From the NCBI GenBank assembly GCA_051530055.1, contig CM121342.1:7448691-7512690 (forward strand): a DNA stretch of 64,000 nucleotides, given 5' to 3'. The position numbers and the translations under genes were made by a program. Under the pieces are notes generated by a model. It saw only the letters and a list, made by a program, of their open reading frames with translations, had not been told where the DNA came from and ran no database searches. This document shows positions 59,306 through 64,000 of the stretch, one piece after another (the stretch's first letter is position 1; every line of letters begins with the position of its first letter). This stretch comes from Neoechinorhynchus agilis. Taxonomy: Eukaryota; Animalia; Acanthocephala.

Positions 59306-60713
59306 TTTGTTGATAGGAGAAAATAAATGAAATTAAGATTTTATTGGATATTTCGATCCACTATCTCGGATCTTCTTCAGCGATCTAAAACACAGGGATT
59401 CTCAATTCACGCGTCACAAAACATCCGGTGGGAGTCGCATCCTTAATTTGAAATTATTGCCCTCGAACGTTTCGAACCTATTTATAAGGATTCGATGATA
59501 ATACGTTCGAAACGCCGACCATTGCGAACTAGTGTTGTAGCGGCACTAAAATCAACAGTGTGCCCTGTGTTTTTTGCACGGGCCACCACTGCGGAACTAA
59601 TATCCGTGTTGCGAACACCAGATTCTGCAACTTCCAGTTCAACGGCATCGACTATGACCAGAAAGATGGAGTAGCCATGAGCAGCCCGGGCAGGATGGGG
59701 TGAATATCTGATTCAGATATGTGGACGACACGTTCCTGTTGATCGACCCTTCAGAGACTAATATGAATCGCCTTAAACATGAACTGAATGGAAGGGACGA
59801 CAATATTCAGTGGACGATCGAGGAGGAGGAGGACCATGGTAAGTTTCCGTTCCTGGATGTGTGGATATACCGATTAGCCAGTGGAAACTACACGACCAGC
59901 GTGTACCGAAAGAGAGGTATACCAGTGGGCCTTGTGCCATGGACATCTGCCCAACCTCGCAAATACAAAATTTCGAGGATTAGGTCACTCATCCACCGTG
60001 CTCTTACACATTGTAGCAACGCTAAGTTGTGTAACGAGGAGATTGATTACCTAAAGTACATATCAGGTCGATATGGTTATCCTCTCCATCTTGTCGAACG
60101 GTGCATTCGGAATGTGCGTCATACCTTCAATGGGGAGACAAAGTCTAAAAAGGAAGAGATCTACGTTGAACGGTCGTTCCCTGATGATCATTCTTGCTAT
60201 GGAGCGCATCATAAAATCAGGATGTGAGGCCAAGAGAGTGGGACGCAATCTACACGGATTGATATGTCCCAAGAATGGCCAACAGTCATCTGGTGCGGTC
60301 TACAAAATTCCGTGCTCCGGTTGCGAACAGGTCTATGTGGGGCAGACCAACAATTTCACCCGACGGATGAAGGAGCACGAATCATCAGTTGTTCGCAACA
60401 CGGATATTAGTTCCGCGGTGGTGGCCCATGCAAAAAACACAGGGCACACTATTGATTTTAGTGCCGCTACAACACTAGTTTGCAATGGTCGGCGTTTCGA
60501 ACGTATTATCATCGAATCCTTATAAATAGGTTCGAAACGTTCGAGGGCAATAAACCTGATTTCAAATTAAGGATGCGACTCCCACCGGATGTTATGTGAC
60601 GCGTGAATTGAGAATCCCTGTTATATGTGTTTTAGATCACTGAAGAAGATCCGAGATAGTGGATCGAAATATCCAATAAAATCTTAATTTCATTTATCTC
60701 TCCTATCAACAAA
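59306..60713 (+). mobile_element. Penelope-like element, 5'-truncated, with an inverted 5' copy of its 3' end
   Basis: 59306-59617 is the reverse complement of 60390-60713; DGVAMSSP, RYVDDTF, FPFLDV, GAVYKIPCSGCEQVYVGQT..RMKEH. Confidence 0.93.
60640..60673 (+). ncRNA. Minimal hammerhead-ribozyme-like motif; an antisense copy lies at about 59346-59380
   Basis: CTGAAGA-A-GATCC-gagatagt-GGATC-GAAA-TATC; perfect 5-bp stem II and palindromic ATAT after GAAA. Confidence 0.65.
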
Positions 60714-60979
60714 TAACAATGAATTATCTTTTCAACGTAAGAATAATGTAGGAAATTCTTGTATTTGAAAATAAACGATTCGTTCATTCCGAAAAATGTC
60801 ACTGATTCGCTTTTGAGCAATGATCTAAGCTTTGGATTTTCAATACTCTTTTTTTTAATTTTTTTTAACTGTAAAAACATTCAGGAAATTATCGATAGAA
60901 AACCATTCTAGTTAATCGAGTTAGAATCTTGGTGAACATTATTTTATTTCGTTATAAATATTTCACAAGGTAATTTCGC

Positions 60980-62250
60980 CTAACCAGTCATCTACGGGAT
61001 CGCCATTCCGAAGTTCGTGGACCGCATGTCCGCCCCCTGCGTTTATCATTGATTTTTAAAACGTCGCTGGACGGTAGTTTTAAGCTAAAATATTGTTTCG
61101 TTCTATTGTGTTGGATGCAGCGATACGTGAGGCGTCTCTTAAAGCTTCGATCCCTCTCGCCAAAAAATAAGTACCACCAAAATCAGAGCGGTGTTGAAAA
61201 ATCTCTTGGTGATCGAAAATGGCAGGCGAATACTCAAATCAGCTGTAAGCCTCCTTGTGTTAGGCGACCTTCTTCTTAATTCCCTGCATCGTTTGCTCAA
61301 TATACAGCAAATCACATTGTTCACATTGCATTATGTAGACCCCGTGAGTCGGCTCAGTTTTTACCTTTTTTCTCGAATGTGCTACTGAGAGTGATTTATT
61401 TGTCATTGTAGAGGGCGAATTCCATTCTTCGTCCTCATTTTGGAATATATAATTTGATTGGTCTCATCCTGCGCGATTTGGAGACACTCGTGAAGGAGAC
61501 GGCTTAATTGGCATTGAATTGAATGCTGCGAAATGCGAGATTTTAGTGATGAACGTGGAAGATGAGGCGTCCAGGCGAACTACCGGGAAAGATTTTCAGA
61601 ACATGGCCCCGGGATAGAATTGATAACTCTAGACCGGTTGAGTCTTCTAGGAAGTTGCATCTTTGGTTCTAATGTCGATGCAGAGATTGCCAATCTTAAA
61701 TCGCAACTTTCGGTGCCGTGCGAATGAGTTGATGAATTATCTTTAGACATAAGAATAAGCTGGCAAAATTGGACGAGACGGTGAAAGCCTCTCTCGTAAA
61801 TGCGTCCAACATCCTAGAGCCGAGCAATCTTTGCCGACTCGATGGCCATAGGCCGGGCGGTGTCACAGTATTCCAGTGGCGAGAGGAGGCAATTGCCTCC
61901 TTGGATCGCTCGCAGCCATTAACATAAAATTCGCCACTATTAAAGCGAAAGGGGAGCAGCAGTAGCCGCCGAGGAACGCAAAAAGACAAAATACCACGAC
62001 CTGAGTCGAAATCATTATTTTGTTCGGTTTGGCGTCGAGACACTCGGGTCGTTTGGTACCGCGGCGCAAGACCAGGTCAATAGATTGTCCAAGAGATTGA
62101 GACGAATCACTGGCGATCCGAGATCAGGAGCATTCCTCCTACAAAACATAAGTCTGACTTTGCAACACGGAGGGAACGCTTCATCCGTCCTTTCGACTGT
62201 TACACCAGGACGACTCCGGAGTGATCAAGACCGATGTCTTCAATGTTTTT
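60980..62250 (+). mobile_element. Fragmented CRE-like element (RT to RLE)
   Basis: ASNILEPSNLCRLDGHRPGGVTVFQW; FGVETLG..FLLQNISLTLQHGGNASSV; closely related to 43545-44030. Confidence 0.75.
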
Positions 62251-62365
62251 CACGGCAGTTTGACTAAAAGAAGTTCCTCTTATAATAAATCCCATCACCT
62301 TGACACAAAACTTCAATTCTGATCACCACAATATCGCCCATTAAGATTATTTCCTTTTTTAATAG

Positions 62366-63360
62366 ATGCGAACAAGATCCCAAACGGCAAAAAACTTAGC
62401 TAAACTAGCTGAAAGCACCATTACAAGGACAAAAATGCTGATTGAAAGCGATGATAAAATCTGGACTGGTGCTCACGTGTCTAATTCTGGGGGCGATATA
62501 TGTACAGTATTCACGAGAGCGCTTGAGATGGATTGCAGGAGTTTCGCCTTCTTTTTCGGGACGGGTAGAACTTGGAATACCAAGTTTCCAAATGACGATC
62601 AATGTGCGAATTTTCGAACAAATCTCTATAAGGTTGGACCACAAGCGATTATTCCACATGGAAACTATTTGATAAACCTCGGATCAGCCGATAAATCGAT
62701 ATTTGAGAAAAGTTACGAGTTATTTGAGCGAGAAGTGACTCGTGCTATCCTGCAATCGGCTTTATGGTAACAGGAGAGTACCTGAAAGCTTGCTGTGCAA
62801 AACTTGGATTATCTCTCTACAATTTCCACCCTGGATCAACAGTTGGAATGTGCACTATTGACAAATCGATAAAACAAATCGCCGCATCGATAAACCGAGT
62901 TCATCAAGCAGTTCCTCAAGTTTCTGTAGTCATTGAGAATTCGTCTGGGCGCGGAAACACAATTGGGGGAGATTTGGCACAAATCGGAGCGATTATTGAA
63001 AATGTACAAAACAAGGAAAGAGTTGGAGTCTGCATCGATACTTGCCATGCGTTTGGTTATGGTTTCGATTTAAGTACCAACGTAGGATTCGATAAGCTAA
63101 TCAAAGAGTTTCATTCAAATATAGGAATTCAATATCTTAAAGCATTTCACTTAAACGATTCAAAGGCACCTTGTGGGAGCTTTAAGGACAATCACGAATG
63201 TATTGGTTTGGGTCTAATTGGGAAAAAAGGATTCGAAAACATGATTAATTCCAAGTACCTTTTGGAAAAACCATTGATTCTTGAAACTCCAAATTTACCA
63301 ATTACTATCGATGAGCAAATACAAAACTTAAGGAAAATGATAAAAAACAAAATTGAATAA
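62366..63360 (+). CDS. apn1: Endonuclease IV-family AP endonuclease (APN1-like), with one intron of about 47 bp (62742-62788)
   Basis: GAHVS; PHGNYLINLGS; YNFHPGS; VIENSSGRGNTIG; VCIDTCHAF; FHLNDSK; HECIGLG; LILETP. Confidence 0.93.
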
Positions 63361-63690
63361 ATCGCGATTATGTGTCAAATCCGAGAAATTTTAGTCGTCA
63401 ATGATACAAAAAAACAAAAACAATGTGGAATTTTGTTGTAAATGGACATCTAGAAGAAATGATTTTCAGTCGGATACAAAAGCCAAAGGAAAATGATAGA
63501 AAAATAAAATTTAATAAATCGCGATTATGTGTCAAATCCGAGAAATTTTAGTCGTCAATGATACAAAAATTAAAAGGAAATCAAACAGCGTGACATTTTG
63601 TAAATAAACATCTAGAAAACCGATTTTCGGTCGGATACAAAAACTTAAGGAAAATGAAAGAGAAAGAAAATTTAAAAAATGGCGATTGTT
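63357..63690. repeat. Degenerate duplication of about 157 bp in the APN1 3' flank
   Basis: ataaatcgcgattatgtgtcaaatccgagaaattttagtcgtcaatgatac at about 63357 and 63514. Confidence 0.8.
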
Positions 63691-64000
63691 AAAAATCCAA
63701 AAAAAAGTGTAATTCCAATCACAAAAATCAAAGATTGTTGTGAATGACTTTTTAGAAGAAAAAACTGATTCTATCAAATTGTAACACACTCGAGTTTTAT
63801 TGAACTGTTCATTGCGAATTTTTAAGGCCTCCGCCTCCTTTTCAGGCATTGTTTGTAAGTTTATTTCTCTCACGCTTTCACAGTTGGAAAAACTTGCAAG
63901 CAATTGGAAAAATCAAAGCGAAACCGCGCGAGCTTTTTGAATGAACGCAATACTAAATTCTTTCTTGTTAATAGCGCTAGTACAAAACTTGCGAGCAGGA

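Noticed and set aside
63532-63903. 123-aa minus-strand ORF at the window end
   Set aside because: Runs into AT-rich repeat, has no motif, and any gene would extend beyond the window.

Overview
AT-rich eukaryotic (metazoan-like) genomic DNA with compact genes and very short spliceosomal introns (about 41-64 bp), heavily loaded with repeats. Recognisable conserved genes: small Tim chaperone (TIM8-like), a Rab3GAP2 N-terminal-domain gene, a TASK-like two-pore K+ channel, NMNAT and an endonuclease IV-type AP endonuclease (APN1). Lineage-specific surface or secreted genes: an intronless LRR protein; a family of duplicated Thr/Ser/Glu mucin genes sharing one first exon and a 45-bp intron (two end in a peritrophin-A/CBM14 chitin-binding domain, one has a different basic/hydrophobic tail, two are remnants); an unannotated multi-exon type II membrane protein with repeated domains; a secreted Cys-rich protein present as an inverted duplicate; and a secreted orphan. 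Repeats include Penelope-like elements (RT + GIY-YIG, hammerhead-like cores, one inverted terminal repeat), RTE, L2/CR1-like, gag-bearing LINE 5' halves, CRE-like RLE retrotransposon fragments, palindromic MITEs, a tRNA-derived SINE-like insert and at least five satellite arrays. Most notable: the modular mucin/chitin-binding family, and a TIR- and TA-bounded 840-bp element at a non-canonical intron-like position inside the K2P channel exon. All assignments are by eye from motifs; no database searches were run, and some frameshifts may be assembly errors.
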